From contig MU056000.1 of the NCBI GenBank assembly GCA_013239625.1, positions 1,984,001-2,048,000 on the forward strand: a DNA stretch of 64,000 nucleotides, given 5' to 3'. Origin of the DNA: Lama guanicoe (lineage: Eukaryota). Position numbers and translations under genes: made by a program. The notes under the pieces are model-generated. The model saw only the letters and a program-made list of their open reading frames with translations. It had not been told where the DNA came from and searched no databases. How positions within the stretch are numbered: the stretch's first letter is position 1; each line of letters opens with the position of its first letter. Shown here piece by piece: positions 62,046-64,000 of this stretch.

Positions 62046-64000
62046 TCTGCCCGCAGAACAACGTAAGTGCATCCTTTCCGTGAGCCAGGCACTTTCAGAC
62101 CGCATAGAAGTGTTCCACTTTGGACCAACCCGTGTGCAACGTGTCAGCCTAGAACGTGGGCAGGGTAAGATCTCAATGGACAGGAGGTGCACGTGCAGAG
62201 CGGACAGGGCAGGTGGTGAGTGTGAGGAAACATGTCAAGCGGGGGATTGGCAGACGAAATACAGGGCTCTCGGCTAAGCTTCAGCTTCAGATAAGTGACC
62301 GCTCACTTTGCACAAGCAGGCCCCGTGCAGCATTTGGGCCACACTTACTCTAAGCGTCGTTCCTGGAGTATCTGACATTCAGGTTTAACTGGGCTTCCCA
62401 GAGACCAGCCGTCTAAAGCGGGGCGGGGGCGGGGCGCCGTAAGTGCACGGTGAACTCCAACCGGTTTTAACGACTGGACAGACTCTCCAGCTCTCTCCAC
62501 CTGGGTGGACTCTGGGGTCCCCTGACTCACGTCTGACTGCCACGGGTTCCAAGTGTGGACCCCACGGCCTCCGGGCTGCACGGATACAGTGGTTCCTGAA
62601 GCTCAGGGTGGGAGCTGGCCCAGGCCTGCTGCCCAGAGCCGGGCTCAGGTGGTGAGGGGAGTGCTCTGGGCACACTCGCTGGACACGGTCCCGCCCAGTC
62701 CATCTCGTGTCAGCAGGCAGTGCACCCCACGGCCTGCGAGACTTTCTCCAGCCCAGCGCGACTTCATGCAATAAAATTACGCACTTAGTAGTCAACGCTT
62801 CTGTCAATTAAGATGGAGAAGTTCCCTTCGCCAAGTGCAGGATGATGAACATGGGGTCCCCGCAAATGCTAATCCTTACGTTCTGTGAAACCCCCTGCAT
62901 GTCACCTCCTCACAGAGAAGACGTTCATCTTCCCACGTGCTTGCCTGCCTTTGCAAGGTGACCTCTCCTGGAGAGACCAGCAGGCTACGGGGGGGCAGTG
63001 CGACTGATCTCACGGGGTTAACGCGCTGAAGGCGGAAGGCGGGGACAGGCTTAGCGGTCACCACATTCAGCCTCACCTGCCGTTGCCTCTGCGTCTCCCG
63101 AGGTCACTCCCGCCCTCCATTCTCGGGTGAGATGCATTTGCTGGGGGCGTCCTCGCCCCGCAGGTCCCACAACCCACCCCGGAACGCCTGCCCCGCCCTC
63201 GGGGGCTGGGCTGCAGCATCACGGCTGGAAGGTACTTGCTCTGCCATGTGGCAGCCACCAAGGAGCCAGAGGCACCTGCCACGGTCCTTCAAAGCCTCTC
63301 TTTCCAGAATGATAGCAAAACACCCTTTTTACTGCTTTTGTGTGCATCACAGATTCTCACCCATCAAGTGTTTGAATTCTCTGCTGCTGGTCTATACCCT
63401 GCAATTCATCACCATCGCTCAACACAGAGAGTAAGGAATGGAATCCAAATCAAGGTCTTCAGCTCATCTCTATTCTATTTCTTCTTATTTGTTCCTGCAA
63501 ATTTCTCCTCCAAATTACACTGATTTCCATGGGCCTCTAAGGACCGTGACTCGGGTGGTGGAGGCCCCGGGTCCTGGCACAGCAACCCTGTTTTCAACAC
63601 ACCTTCCAGACCCAAGCAGACGCCGCCTCACGCAACTTGGGAAACGCCTGAAGCCACGATGCTCAGGACTGGCTCCCGGTGTCCCTGGGCGTGCGTGTGT
63701 CCCTCATCTCCATCCAGCCCGGCCCACCCAATGGAGGAGCATCGCCCAGGGCAGGGCCTGGGCCTCCTCCTGCACCGCACCCCTGCCCGCCTGGGAGGGG
63801 GCAGCGCTCAGGGACGCTGCTGGTACGAATGTGCGAGCACAGGGGAACGCACCCGCCCACCCCACAAACGCGGTGATTCCACCCTGGTCCACGTCCTGTG
63901 TGTCTGTCTTGCTTTTCTAAGTCCATCGACACGAGAAGCAGCTCTCGCCCTCGCTGCAGCCCCGACGATGTGATCTTACTGTCACCTCTGTTCCAACACA

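Overview
Mammalian, not microbial, genomic DNA, most likely from a camelid (alpaca, llama or camel). The taxon call rests on two tRNA-Ala-derived vic-1-type SINEs plus cetartiodactyl-type L1 3' ends. I find no credible protein-coding exon, RNA gene, CRISPR array or operon; the supplied ORFs are by-products of high GC content, repeats or N-runs. The window looks like a GC/CpG-rich gene desert or very large intron, probably subtelomeric. It contains decayed repeats (L1, L2, MIR, MLT1, MLT2) and many AT-rich, TAAT/ATTA-dense unique islands resembling conserved non-coding developmental enhancers. Main observations: (1) all seven N-runs (132-348 bp, 1,708 bp total) lie inside those islands and may be hard-masked highly conserved elements rather than true gaps; (2) an approximately 20-bp-stem hairpin at 643-719 sits beside the first N-run; (3) L1 3'-UTR copies within the window differ by strongly AT-to-GC substitutions, suggesting GC-biased gene conversion; (4) a palindromic CRE/Hox-Pbx/Meis composite site lies at 16511-16547. 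Repeat families were assigned by eye from remembered consensus sequences, and boundaries are approximate. I could not identify the locus, and I see no evidence for a new gene system beyond these non-coding features.
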